DNA of 64,000 nt from Methanocaldococcus indicus. Lineage in GTDB: Archaea > AGJL01 > Methanococci > Methanococcales > Methanocaldococcaceae. Location of the stretch: the NCBI RefSeq assembly GCF_049554935.1, contig NZ_CP186926.1, forward strand, positions 1,216,001 through 1,280,000, written 5' to 3'. Below are positions 40,662 through 51,800 of this stretch, piece after piece (position 1 is the stretch's first letter; each line of letters begins with the position of its first letter). The notes beneath the pieces are model-generated. The model was not told the DNA's origin. It worked only from the letters and a program-made list of their open reading frames with translations, and did no database searches. Both the position numbers and the translations under genes were made by a program.

Positions 40662-41792
40662 ATGCTAAAAACTGAAAATTTATCAGTTGGTTATGGAAAT
40701 TATGTAGTTATAAAAGATATAAATTTAGAAATTAATAAAGGAGAAATATTATGTATAATTGGGCCTAATGGAGCAGGAAAATCAACATTATTAAAGACAA
40801 TTGCATCTTACTTAAAACCATTAAGTGGAGTTGTATATTTAAATGGAAAGATTGTTCATAATTTAAAACCAAAAGATTTAGCCAAAGAAATGGCTGTAGT
40901 TTTGACTGAAAGAGTAAATCCTGGAAATTTAACAGGATTTGATATTATAGCCATTGGAAGATATCCATATACTGATATATTTGGACGATTATCAAAAAGA
41001 GATAAAGAAATAATATATGAAAGCGCCAAATTAGTAAATGCTACTCATTTGTTAGAAAAAAATTTCTTTGAAATGAGTGATGGAGAAAAACAAAAAATTA
41101 TGATTGCAAGAGCTTTAGCTCAAGAGCCTAAAATTTTAATCTTAGATGAACCAACTACTTTTTTAGATGCTAATCATAAGATAGAGATAACTCTGTTGTT
41201 AAGAAAATTAGCAACTGAAAAAAAATTAGCAATAATTGTAACACTTCATGATATTGAGCTGGCTTTAAGGATTGCTGATAAGATGGTGCTAATTAAAGAC
41301 AATAAAATTATGGCTTATGGTTATCCTGAAAATATTATGAAAAGAGAAACTGTAAATAAACTTTATGATTTGAAAAGAGCAAATTATTCAGAGATTATTG
41401 GATATTTTGAATTAAAATCAAACCCAAAAAAAGATTTAAAAATTTTTGTTATTTGTGGAGGGGGTAGTGGAGCCAATGTTTTGAGATATTTAGTAAAAAA
41501 TGGATATAATGTAGTAGTTGGAGTTTTACATAAAAATGATGCTGATTATTTTATAGCTGAAACAATGAACTTAAAAATCATTGAAGAAGATGCATATAAT
41601 CCAATTACTGATGAAAATTTTGATAAAGCTGTAAATGAAATAAAAACATGTGATATAGTAGTTTGCACTAATTTTCCAATAGGTGAAATAAATAAAAAAA
41701 ATTTAGAGCTTATTGAAATAAGTAAAAAATTAGGGAAAAAAATTATTTTTTATGATGGAGATATTTCAGTATTTAAAAATGTTCTAAAATAA
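40662..41792 (+). CDS. Iron/cobalamin ABC transporter ATP-binding protein
   Basis: GPNGAGKST, GRYPY, MSDGEKQK, LDEPT, HD, plus a C-terminal extension. Confidence 0.9.
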   Translation: MLKTENLSVGYGNYVVIKDINLEINKGEILCIIGPNGAGKSTLLKTIASYLKPLSGVVYLNGKIVHNLKPKDLAKEMAVVLTERVNPGNLTGFDIIAIGRYPYTDIFGRLSKRDKEIIYESAKLVNATHLLEKNFFEMSDGEKQKIMIARALAQEPKILILDEPTTFLDANHKIEITLLLRKLATEKKLAIIVTLHDIELALRIADKMVLIKDNKIMAYGYPENIMKRETVNKLYDLKRANYSEIIGYFELKSNPKKDLKIFVICGGGSGANVLRYLVKNGYNVVVGVLHKNDADYFIAETMNLKIIEEDAYNPITDENFDKAVNEIKTCDIVVCTNFPIGEINKKNLELIEISKKLGKKIIFYDGDISVFKNVLK

Positions 41793-41822
41793 TAATTATT
41801 TATAGTAATTTTTGGTGTATTT

Positions 41823-42878
41823 ATGAAATTCAAAAGATACATAGTATTGCTAATAATTCTAAATATTGTGCTGGTTATACTTTCAATTTATAGTATATTA
41901 TTAGGTACTATTCCTATAAAAAGTGGAGAATTATTTAACTATCTATTAAAAGGTACTACTGGAAACATTATTAAAGATAAAATAATAGGTATATTAAGAT
42001 TACCAAGAACTATTGGAGCAATAACTGCTGGAATGGCTATTGCATTAGCTGGTGTTTTAATGCAAGGATATTTTAGAAATCCATTAGCAGACCCTTATTT
42101 AATGGGAGTTGCCAGTGGAGCATCATTAGGAACTGTTCTATATATATTTACCAGCACACTTTTTAAATTTGGAATTCCACACAATATATATGGTTTTATC
42201 ATTTCAGCATATATTGGTTCTATAATAACAATGTATATTGTAATAAATATTGCAAAGATTGTTAAACAACTCTCAACATTATTAATTTGTGGATTAATGA
42301 TTGGAGCAGTAGTTTCAGGGCTTACTACAATTGTTATATATTTGAATAGCTATTTTAGTGGAGAGAATCATAATTTATCAAGCTATTTAGTATGGGAAAT
42401 GGGTTCAGTAAGTAATTTAACATGGGATATGATAATATTAATGGCTATAATAATTTTTCCAGTTTCTGTAATAACCTATATTTTCTTATCAAAAAAATTA
42501 GATGCCTATTTATTAGGAGAATACTATGCATTAAGTGTTGGTATTGATACAAAATATTTAAGAAAATGGCTAATTATTCTATCTTGTATTTTAACTGCAA
42601 CAGTTGTTGCTTTTACAGGACCTATTGCATTTATTGGAGTAATATGTCCTATAATTGCAAGATTAATTTGTGGAACTTCAAAACATGTCTATGTAATTCC
42701 AATAGCTATGCTTTTAGGAGCAATATTTTTAGTTTTTGCAGATATATTAACAAGACCTGGAGTTTTAATTCCATTATCATCAAATCCATTACCCTTACTT
42801 TGTCCATTGTCAATTGTTGGAGCTCCAATTGCTATTTTTATATATCTAAAAACAAGAAAAGGGACTATAAATGAATAG
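41823..42878 (+). CDS. Iron/cobalamin ABC transporter permease (FecCD/BtuC)
   Basis: [33 protein letters not shown]. Confidence 0.9.
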   Translation: MKFKRYIVLLIILNIVLVILSIYSILLGTIPIKSGELFNYLLKGTTGNIIKDKIIGILRLPRTIGAITAGMAIALAGVLMQGYFRNPLADPYLMGVASGASLGTVLYIFTSTLFKFGIPHNIYGFIISAYIGSIITMYIVINIAKIVKQLSTLLICGLMIGAVVSGLTTIVIYLNSYFSGENHNLSSYLVWEMGSVSNLTWDMIILMAIIIFPVSVITYIFLSKKLDAYLLGEYYALSVGIDTKYLRKWLIILSCILTATVVAFTGPIAFIGVICPIIARLICGTSKHVYVIPIAMLLGAIFLVFADILTRPGVLIPLSSNPLPLLCPLSIVGAPIAIFIYLKTRKGTINE

Positions 42879-43929
42879 AATTAAAACTATTCTAATTTTG
42901 TTGATATTTTCACTAATATTGCCTATTTTTGCATTATATTATAGTGGAAATACTGGATATATCTCCTTCAATGATATTGTTAATTTTATATTAAAAGGAA
43001 CTACAGGTAATGAGTTTAAAGATTTTATAATAAAGGATATTAGATTACCACCAATAATTGGGGCTATTCTCATTGGACTAACATTATCTACTGCTGGTTT
43101 AATGTTACAAATATTATTTAGAAATTTGTTAGTGTCTCCATATACAACTGGCATATCTTCTGGAGTTTTAATGGTTGTTGCAATAGTTATATTTATAGAT
43201 TCTTTATCTCATATACTCAAACTAATTTTTGGAAATAATTTTATTTTAGTTGCTGGATGGTGTGGTGGAGTATTCTCAATGATTTTATTAATTATTATTG
43301 CTTTAAGAGTTAGAAGCACAAATGATATTATAATTGTTTCCTTACTACTCAGTTATTTATTTTTAGGAGTAAGGTCATATCTTATTGCCAATGCTGAGGA
43401 GTTAAAAGTTCATGAATACTGGGAATTTTCAATTGGGTCATTGTCTAAAATAACATTAAATGATATAGTTCCAATGGTCATTTGTACAGTTATATTTATT
43501 GTTGGAGTTATATTTCTAATAAAATCTTTAAATGCATTATTATTTGGAGAAAATTATGCTAAAAGTTTTGGATTGGATATAAAAAAGACTAGAATTCTAA
43601 TATTATTTTTTGCATCTTTTATAACAGGTTCAATAATTCCATATGTGGGCTTAATTCCCTTTGTTGGACTAATTGCTCCATACTTAGCAAGGCCTTTAAT
43701 AAAAACTTCAGATAATAGATATTTAGTGCCAACAACAATGCTTTTAGGAGTTATATTAATGATTGTATGTTACCTTATCTCGTTAAAATATTATGTGCTA
43801 TTTTCTTATATTTTTGGAATAAAAAAATATGGCTCTCCTTTACCAATTGCATCTGTTTTAGATATATTAGGTGGATTGTTAGTTGTGTATTTGGTTTATA
43901 AAGGTGAAAAGAAAATAATTATTTCTTAA
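42871..43929 (+). CDS. Iron/cobalamin ABC transporter permease (FecCD/BtuC)
   Basis: [41 protein letters not shown]. Confidence 0.9.
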   Translation: MNRIKTILILLIFSLILPIFALYYSGNTGYISFNDIVNFILKGTTGNEFKDFIIKDIRLPPIIGAILIGLTLSTAGLMLQILFRNLLVSPYTTGISSGVLMVVAIVIFIDSLSHILKLIFGNNFILVAGWCGGVFSMILLIIIALRVRSTNDIIIVSLLLSYLFLGVRSYLIANAEELKVHEYWEFSIGSLSKITLNDIVPMVICTVIFIVGVIFLIKSLNALLFGENYAKSFGLDIKKTRILILFFASFITGSIIPYVGLIPFVGLIAPYLARPLIKTSDNRYLVPTTMLLGVILMIVCYLISLKYYVLFSYIFGIKKYGSPLPIASVLDILGGLLVVYLVYKGEKKIIIS

Positions 43930-44011
43930 ATAAGCTAAATTTTAAATACTACCAAATTATTAATAATATAATAATTCTTCATATTTGATAGCCACAATTA
44001 TTGGTGATATT

Positions 44012-45178
44012 ATGAAAAAGATGTATTTTATAATTTTAATGATAATTGCTTCTATTATAGTTGCAGGATGTATAAATGGAGTCAATGAGAATAAAAGTTC
44101 AGCAACAGAACATACAAAAAAGTTAGTGTCATTAAATTCATTAGAAAATGTTGTTGAATATGCAAAATATTTTAAATTATATCCTAATTGGGATAATGGA
44201 TATTGTGTAGTTATTGACTCAGAGGGTAACAAGTTTATATTACTTGAAGGTAACAACTCCAATATAGCCTTTAATATATCTAATGCAAAAATCATTCATG
44301 TTCCTGTAAAGAGAATAGTTACTGACTTTTATTGTCCAATAATAGCTACTGCAGATATATTAAATTCATATCATAATACAATAGTTGGAGCTCCAAAATA
44401 TGCAATAAAAGATTCTCCAAAACTTTCAGAGTTATATAAAGAAAAGAAAGTTGTAGATATTGGCAGTCCTACCAAGGGAGTAAATTATGAAATAATTGCA
44501 AACTTATCACCAGATATAGTATTTTTATCAGATTGGCCAAGTGAGGATAAAGTAGAAGAAAAATTAAAAGAGCTTGGAATTACAGTTTCAAGATATTATA
44601 CATATAAAGAACCAACATATTTAGGTAGAATTGAATGGGTAAAATTTGCTGCTGCATTTTGGGGAAGCAATGCCTACAAAAAAGCTGAAAAATGGTTTAA
44701 TAACGTAGTTAAAACAAAAGAAAATATTACAAATAAACTTAAAGATGTAAAATATAAACCTACTGTTGTTATATTTAGCTGGTCAAAGTATAGAAATATG
44801 CCATTAGTATATGGTAATGATAAATACTACAATGAGCTTATAGTAGAATTTAAAGGTAATAATATCTTTGGAGATTATAAAACCCAATATTTAGATAAAG
44901 AAATTTTCTATGAAAAAGCAATAAATGCTGATGTTGTAATAATGATTAACTACTACAATACAAATGTGACAAACTTAGAAGAATTTAAAAAAGAATTTCC
45001 AGATATTCCAATTGAAAAGTTTAAAGCTTTCAAAAATGGTAGATTCTATGTTTCAAATCCAAAATATTACATATATGAAAATATAGACCCTGCTGGATAT
45101 ATGTTAGATTTTGCAAAAATGATACATCCAGAGGTTTTTGGAAATGGTAGTTTAAAATATTTCTATAAGATTCAATAA
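44012..45178 (+). CDS. Iron/cobalamin ABC transporter substrate-binding lipoprotein
   Basis: Lipobox VAGC, PVKRIV, NYE.I..L.PD, EPTYLGRIEW, FKAFKNGRFY. Confidence 0.88.
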   Translation: MKKMYFIILMIIASIIVAGCINGVNENKSSATEHTKKLVSLNSLENVVEYAKYFKLYPNWDNGYCVVIDSEGNKFILLEGNNSNIAFNISNAKIIHVPVKRIVTDFYCPIIATADILNSYHNTIVGAPKYAIKDSPKLSELYKEKKVVDIGSPTKGVNYEIIANLSPDIVFLSDWPSEDKVEEKLKELGITVSRYYTYKEPTYLGRIEWVKFAAAFWGSNAYKKAEKWFNNVVKTKENITNKLKDVKYKPTVVIFSWSKYRNMPLVYGNDKYYNELIVEFKGNNIFGDYKTQYLDKEIFYEKAINADVVIMINYYNTNVTNLEEFKKEFPDIPIEKFKAFKNGRFYVSNPKYYIYENIDPAGYMLDFAKMIHPEVFGNGSLKYFYKIQ

Positions 45179-45223
45179 ATCCTAATTTTTTATTTAAAAA
45201 TATTAAAAATTTTGATTAATTTT

Positions 45224-48001
45224 CTATTTAATATAGATAGCTGGCTTCATTGGAATAGCTAATTTCTTTTTGTTTCCTTTATCTTCTCCATTTATTATTA
45301 TTTCACAATTAAACTCTTTTTCTAAGAACTCTTTTGCATTTTCTAAAACTTTAATCTCATCAATAGCCTTTATATTCATTTTTATTAGTTGAAGAATTAA
45401 TTTAGATATTTCTTTACCCTTCTTTCTAAATTCTGGATTTTGCATTATTATTTTCATTATTTCTCTTATATTTTTGTCTTTATGTTGATTTATTATATTG
45501 CATACTTCACATTTCCAATCTTCTGCAGTGTAAATATATATTTTCTTAGGTGTTATCTTAGCAACATTAATTATTTCTTTAATATCATTAATCAAACTTT
45601 TTATATACTCCTCAGCAATTATAAGGTTTTCATCAATTTCTTTAACCTCTGGGAATTTTGATATGGATACAAATTCTTTTTTTCCTAACATTTCCCACAT
45701 TTCTTCTGCTAAGTGTGGAGTAAATGGAGCCAACATCTTTATTAATACTTCAATAAATTCTATTAATATTTCTTTATTGTCTCCTCCTCTTCTTTTATAC
45801 CATCTCAAATCATCAAACAACTTATAAATTATTAATCCAGCTTTTCTCATTTCAAAGTTTTCCATATACTCAATATATTTCTTTAAATCTGAATATAGAA
45901 CACTTAAAAGCCATTTATCTATAAATTCATTTTCTTTACTTTCTTTCATTTCTTTTATTTCTTTAACTGTTAAATAGACTCTCTCTAAGAATTTTTTTGT
46001 ATTTTCTAAACCTTTAAACTTAATATCTAAATCTTGTGGAAGTTCTGCCTCAGTTGTTATGTAGAATCTTCCCACATCAGCTCCATACTTTTCAGCTACC
46101 TCTAAAATAGGAAGTAATGGACCCTTTGATTTAGAAAGTTTTTTACCTTCAATAGTTACATAACCATTAACAACTATTCCCTTAGGCCAAAACTCCTCTG
46201 GAAAGATAGCAACATGGTTGAATATATAAAATGTTAAGTGGTTTGAAATTAAATCCTTAGCTGAACATCTCCAATCTACTGGATAGTAGTAGATAAACTC
46301 CTCTCTCATCTTTTCTATTATTTCCTTATCTAAATTAGATTTTTTGCTAACATCATCTAAATCTCCTTTTCCTAAAAATATGTAGTCAAACAACTCCAAG
46401 GTTAAGCTTTCAGGAGGTATATTATATTCATTTATATATTTAGCTATTGTGTAATAAGCTGGATATATAGTTGAATCTGAAAGAGATTCAATTATCCAAT
46501 TCACATCAAATGGAAACTTAGTTCCTAACCCTCTCCTTCTAACACATGCTTTATCTTTCATCCAGTCAATTTTTTCATGGAATATCTTTCTTAAATTCTC
46601 TGGAATAAAGTTCATTCTATCTACACATTTATGAGCTAATTCTTTCCATTTTTTATCAGAATACTTTATAAACCATTGTCCTTTTACTAATTTAACAACA
46701 CACTCACTACCACATCTACATACTACTCTCTCACTTAACTCATACATAATTGTAGCAATTCCTTTGTTTATCAAATCTTCTGCAATTTTGTCCTTTGCCT
46801 CTCTAACAGCTAAACCTTTGTATTCTCCACAGTTTTCATTTAAAATTCCTTTGTGGAATTCAGTTTTATATACTATTTTAGTAGCTTCTTCTAACTTTTC
46901 TTTATCCTTTTGATTTTTAATATTCAGTTTTTCAACAACATCCTTAGCAGGATATTCAGAGTAGTTAGGAACTTTTATTAATGAAATTATTCCCACTTCA
47001 TCTAATTTATTTAAATCTTTTAAAGCTATGTAGTCATAAGGAGCATGAGCTGGGACAGACATAACAATTCCAGTCCCTACATTAACATCCACAAACTCAG
47101 CTGGAAGTATAGGGACTTCTCTATTGGTAACTAAGTTTAAGGCCTTTTTGTTTAAAAGAGATTCTCCTTTAAACTCCTCTAATATTTCTATTTTTTTATT
47201 TTGATATTTTAATTTTTCAGCTACTTTTTTTGATATAATCCAAATTTCTTCTGTTTTTTTATCTTCATCATAAACCTTAGCTTTTATATAATCTTCATTA
47301 GGATTTATCCAAATATTAACTACTCCAAAAACTGTCTCTGGTCTTAAAGTTGCAGCTAATAAGTAAGAATCCCCTAATTTAAATTTAATTAAAATGTATT
47401 CTACAATTGTTGCCTCCTCTCCAATTAAAATATCATGGTCTTCTACAGGATTATCACATCTTAAACAATATCTAACTGGATGAGAACCTTTAACAATTAA
47501 TCCCTTTTCATATAGCTTATAGAACTGCCAGGTTATGAACTTTTTAAAAGTTTCATCATTTGTTGTAAATTTTCTTCTATTATCTAAGCTAAATCCCATT
47601 CTCTTAAATGCTTCATCAGCTAATTTAGAGAAATATTCTACAATTTTCTCAGGAGTATCTAACTTTATAAGCTCTTCTTCTGGAATATTATGTAAGTTAG
47701 TATATGCCCATATAGTTTTCTCATCTCTCTTTTTTATTAGCTCTGCTAAACCTAAAATAGGAGTTCCTGTTACATGATAACCAAAAGTCCATAGGACATT
47801 TTTTCCCTTCATTCTTTGATATCTTGCCACAACCTCAGGAATTGTAAAAGTCCTTAAATGACCTGCATGTAAAACTCCATTTAAATATGGAAATGCAGCA
47901 GTTATAAAAAACTTCTCTCTATCATCTGGATTAGCTTCAAAAATTTTGGCTTTTTCCCATCTCTCTTGCCATTTTTTTTCTATCTCATGAAAATTTATCA
48001 T
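45224..48001 (-). CDS. leuS: Leucine--tRNA ligase
   Basis: FPYLNGVLHAGH (HIGH), ATLRPET, GTGIVMSVPAHAPYD editing domain, KLSKS (KMSKS). Confidence 0.97.
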   Translation of the reverse strand: MINFHEIEKKWQERWEKAKIFEANPDDREKFFITAAFPYLNGVLHAGHLRTFTIPEVVARYQRMKGKNVLWTFGYHVTGTPILGLAELIKKRDEKTIWAYTNLHNIPEEELIKLDTPEKIVEYFSKLADEAFKRMGFSLDNRRKFTTNDETFKKFITWQFYKLYEKGLIVKGSHPVRYCLRCDNPVEDHDILIGEEATIVEYILIKFKLGDSYLLAATLRPETVFGVVNIWINPNEDYIKAKVYDEDKKTEEIWIISKKVAEKLKYQNKKIEILEEFKGESLLNKKALNLVTNREVPILPAEFVDVNVGTGIVMSVPAHAPYDYIALKDLNKLDEVGIISLIKVPNYSEYPAKDVVEKLNIKNQKDKEKLEEATKIVYKTEFHKGILNENCGEYKGLAVREAKDKIAEDLINKGIATIMYELSERVVCRCGSECVVKLVKGQWFIKYSDKKWKELAHKCVDRMNFIPENLRKIFHEKIDWMKDKACVRRRGLGTKFPFDVNWIIESLSDSTIYPAYYTIAKYINEYNIPPESLTLELFDYIFLGKGDLDDVSKKSNLDKEIIEKMREEFIYYYPVDWRCSAKDLISNHLTFYIFNHVAIFPEEFWPKGIVVNGYVTIEGKKLSKSKGPLLPILEVAEKYGADVGRFYITTEAELPQDLDIKFKGLENTKKFLERVYLTVKEIKEMKESKENEFIDKWLLSVLYSDLKKYIEYMENFEMRKAGLIIYKLFDDLRWYKRRGGDNKEILIEFIEVLIKMLAPFTPHLAEEMWEMLGKKEFVSISKFPEVKEIDENLIIAEEYIKSLINDIKEIINVAKITPKKIYIYTAEDWKCEVCNIINQHKDKNIREIMKIIMQNPEFRKKGKEISKLILQLIKMNIKAIDEIKVLENAKEFLEKEFNCEIIINGEDKGNKKKLAIPMKPAIYIK

Positions 48002-48004
48002 ATT

Positions 48005-48679
48005 TTATCCCTCAAAAATTGATTTAAATTTTATAATCTCATCAATACTTTGACTTAATGGATAACCAACAATAATATCATTTTTATTTTTTATATCTTT
48101 TATTCTTTCTAAATTATTTAAAGGAAGTATATATCTTTCCCAATTTCCAGAATAGTTTTTTCTTCTACTTAAATAGCTATTCATTATCTTTAAAATGCTA
48201 TTGTTAATTTTTGATACAAAAGGTAAATAAATAGCTTTTTTAGAATTAATTTCACAGTTATAACCATATAAATAAAAAGCTATTAAATTATATTCCTCAA
48301 CAACATCTTTAACTATATCTTCTACTCCTTCAACACCTATCCATAATTTATCAAATATATTTAAGCATTTTTCAATAACATCCAAAATTCTAAATTTGCT
48401 TAATTTTCTCTCTTCATCTGATAAATAGTATTTATTTCCTAAAACAATACATACATCAAAATCATAAGAACTATATATATCTAAAATTTCAAAAACATCT
48501 TTCCTTTTACTTTGAACAGTTAAAACAGCATTTTTTAAATTATCTAAAATCTCTTCATCAGTTAAAATATTTATCTCAGCATCTATTACATGGTAACTAA
48601 AATTTTTACTTATGAATCTATTTAGTTCTATAAGCTCATTTATATTAATTTGACTCAATTTTGTTGCGACTCCTAACAT
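48005..48679 (-). CDS. Hypothetical protein
   Basis: 224-aa ORF with normal codon usage, ending 3 bp upstream of leuS. No recognisable motif. Confidence 0.7.
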   Translation of the reverse strand: MLGVATKLSQININELIELNRFISKNFSYHVIDAEINILTDEEILDNLKNAVLTVQSKRKDVFEILDIYSSYDFDVCIVLGNKYYLSDEERKLSKFRILDVIEKCLNIFDKLWIGVEGVEDIVKDVVEEYNLIAFYLYGYNCEINSKKAIYLPFVSKINNSILKIMNSYLSRRKNYSGNWERYILPLNNLERIKDIKNKNDIIVGYPLSQSIDEIIKFKSIFEG

Positions 48680-48809
48680 AACTCTTAATATTCTTTAACT
48701 TATTATATAATATTATCTTTTTTGTCTTATTCAAGAAAAATCTTAGAATAATTCATATTATTTGTAAATATAGAATAAACTAAATTAAAAAATAAAAAAG
48801 TAGAGAAGT

Positions 48810-51800
48810 TTAAGGTTTTTCTATTTTAACAGCCTTTCCATTTTTCCATTCTACGAATATTGGCTTGTCTGGGATATCGTCTAAGGTTTTGAAGTATTCT
48901 ACTGCTGCTTTTGTTCCCCATCTATCGGAACCTGCTAATAGGATAACTGTTGCATCTCTATAAATATTTTCATCGACTTTAACTTTTAATTTTATAGCTT
49001 CAATAACTCCTTTATTTTTACCAGGATATTCATTGCTAATCTTAACTGGGAACTTATCCATATATTTTTTAGTTAGTGGGTTTGCTACTGGTCCTCCTAT
49101 TAAGATACTGTCATCTTTTATTTCTAATGGTTTATTTATTAACTCACATGTATCTTTTAGAGATTTTGCTGATAAATCCTTATCTATCTCTGAACCTACT
49201 ATTATTTTTGCATTATGGACGATTTTTTTGATATTAAATGATTCTATATCCTTAGCCACATCTGTGTATCTTAAACTTACTGGGTGTGAATGTGATATGT
49301 GATATGTAGGTGTTGGGGTTGTTGTTTCATTAGTAGTTGTTACGTTAGTTGTTGTATTGGTTATGTGATATGTAGGTGTTGGGGTTGTTGTTTCATTAGT
49401 AGTTGTTACGTTAGTTGTTGTATTGGTAAAGTAGTTGGTTATATTTATACTCATTATTTTATACCCTTCAAAGACATCATTGATGTACCCATAAATACCT
49501 ACTGTCAAATTATTTTCATATAACTGCTTTTTAAGGTCATAGTCAACGAATATTCCAGTTGATATTAACGAACTATTATTATTAGCCACATATTTTTTAA
49601 TTGAAATGTTTCCAGAATCAAATGTAATTATGAAGGTTAAATTACCTGGTTTTATTGTAGTATAACTAAAGTTACATTGTAAGTAATTATAGTCCTTTAA
49701 ATATCTAATAGAAACATTCTCTATATCTATTCCCGGAATTATGCTAAAGTTGGCGTCTTTATCTTTTAAATAATCTAATGTAGTTCCGTTGTATTTTAAA
49801 GCTACTGAGAATTCTGTAGTGTTGCAGTCACTTAGAATGAACAGACTTTTTGGAATGTGTACAGTCATTGTAACATATTCATCAGAGACATTTGTTACCG
49901 TTCCTCTGGTTTTATCAGAGTAGATACCTACTTTATAATCTAAGTCGATATACAAGAGGCTTAGGTTTAATGGTACATCTTTAACATTCTTTACCTTAAA
50001 TTCTATTGTTGGAGTATCATTTTCTAAGTATGACCTGTATGAGATGATTGTAGGCAACACAGATTCAAATTTGCTTGGGTCTATATAAATATCTTTACTT
50101 ACTGTGGATAACAGTGTGTTATTTTTAATTACATATAGATTAAGTGAGAAATTTCCACCAAGTTTTTTAATGTAATAACCTCTAATGATGAGGTTTCCAG
50201 TATTATTGCTAATATTAATTGGATTATAGTATATGACTGAACCATAATATTTACCGAATAGCATTGGCTCTATTGTTACATTATCTGGATAGCAGATTAT
50301 TGTTACATTTATGTAGTCGTATAAGCCATTACTATCTTCATCTACACATTTTGGAATTATTGTAACATTTACACTTACTTCTCTGAATTTTTCACTGTCA
50401 TAAGATTTGGTATATCCTAATGTAAAGTTATAGTAAACTGGAGCTTCTCCTTTCAATATGATTAATCCAACGGTGTAATTACCAGTATAGTTGTAGAAGG
50501 ATATGTATTGTCCTGTAATATTTAGTGTTACAATATTTTCTCCTTTATTCAAAGTAATATTATACTTCTGAGCAGCAACTATTGTATTATTTGCAGAAAG
50601 TACTGGCATTAATGAGAAGTTATCCGTAACATTTGAGAATATTACATATTTTAATCCTAATTTAGTGTAGTTATAGTTAATATCTCCTAAGTATGTTACA
50701 TTAAATGCATAAGGCATAGTAGTATTTACTGGGTCAGAAATTTCATATCCTATAAATGTGTATGTTGCTGAAGATCCTGATGTAAGTTTTGCATTAACAC
50801 TTAGTCTACTAACTATCTCATCAATTATAAAGTTCATTGTCTTACTAAAGTTCATTGTCTTACTAAATATATCTGCCAATTTTTTCTCATATTCCATTTC
50901 ATCAGTAATGTCTCCATTAATACTTACATCATGAGATACTACAAAATTATAATTAGGGTCTAATTTTGGATATACATTCTGTTTTATTACAAAATCAGAA
51001 CCAATTGAGCCTGATGCTCCAAGTCCTGGTATATTTATTATATCATTTAAACAACTACTGAGGTTTAATGAAACTCCTACAGAAGTATCAAAGTCCGTCA
51101 TTAAATACGTATCTTTTCTATGTTCGGGAGGAATTAATGAAATTACTTTTACTTGTGCAGCTTTTGCTATATTACCCACAAATGGAAGTTTAATAGGAAT
51201 GCTCTCATATATTGTGTATAAACTTGTCGAGCAAGTTAATACAATTATTTGAACTGGATCATTAAAATTCCCCTCTACACCAACGAACTCCTCGGCACTA
51301 CCTGATAACTTTATAAGATCTTTAACAATAGCCTTCTCAGCTTCAAGTTCTACACTCATACCTGATTTTAATCTACTTTCAATAGGTAATACTGTTATAT
51401 CTATCAAGTTTCCATTAACACTCGCAAAACCCAGATCCAACTTACCTCCTAACTTTAAATTGAAAAACAACGGAGTAATTTCTAATTCGCCAGATTTTCC
51501 ACTATAATGTAATTGTTTGCCATTAATTTTTGTGTAATAATCACTTGATGAAGAAGTTATCATCTTATAATATTTATTTTCTGAAGAAGATAGTATTACT
51601 ACTTCTGGAATTAATATAGTTATTTTTGGAGAGTAACTGTAGTTTGTATAATATTCTCCATTATAAATTGATTTGGTAAAATTAGTTATAATACTGTAGT
51701 TATCTTTCTCTTTCTTAATATCGAACCATATATTGTTATTTTTATCATAAACCTTGTAATAGTCGTTACTTACTCTTTTAATTTCGATATCTTTCCAAGA

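Noticed and set aside
49299-49523. Cys-rich repeated peptide ORF (MICRCWGCC...) resembling a metallothionein or RiPP precursor
   Set aside because: Antisense reading of the Thr-rich 66-bp repeat (ACA codons read as TGT). The same applies to the Cys-rich ORFs at 55253-55987.
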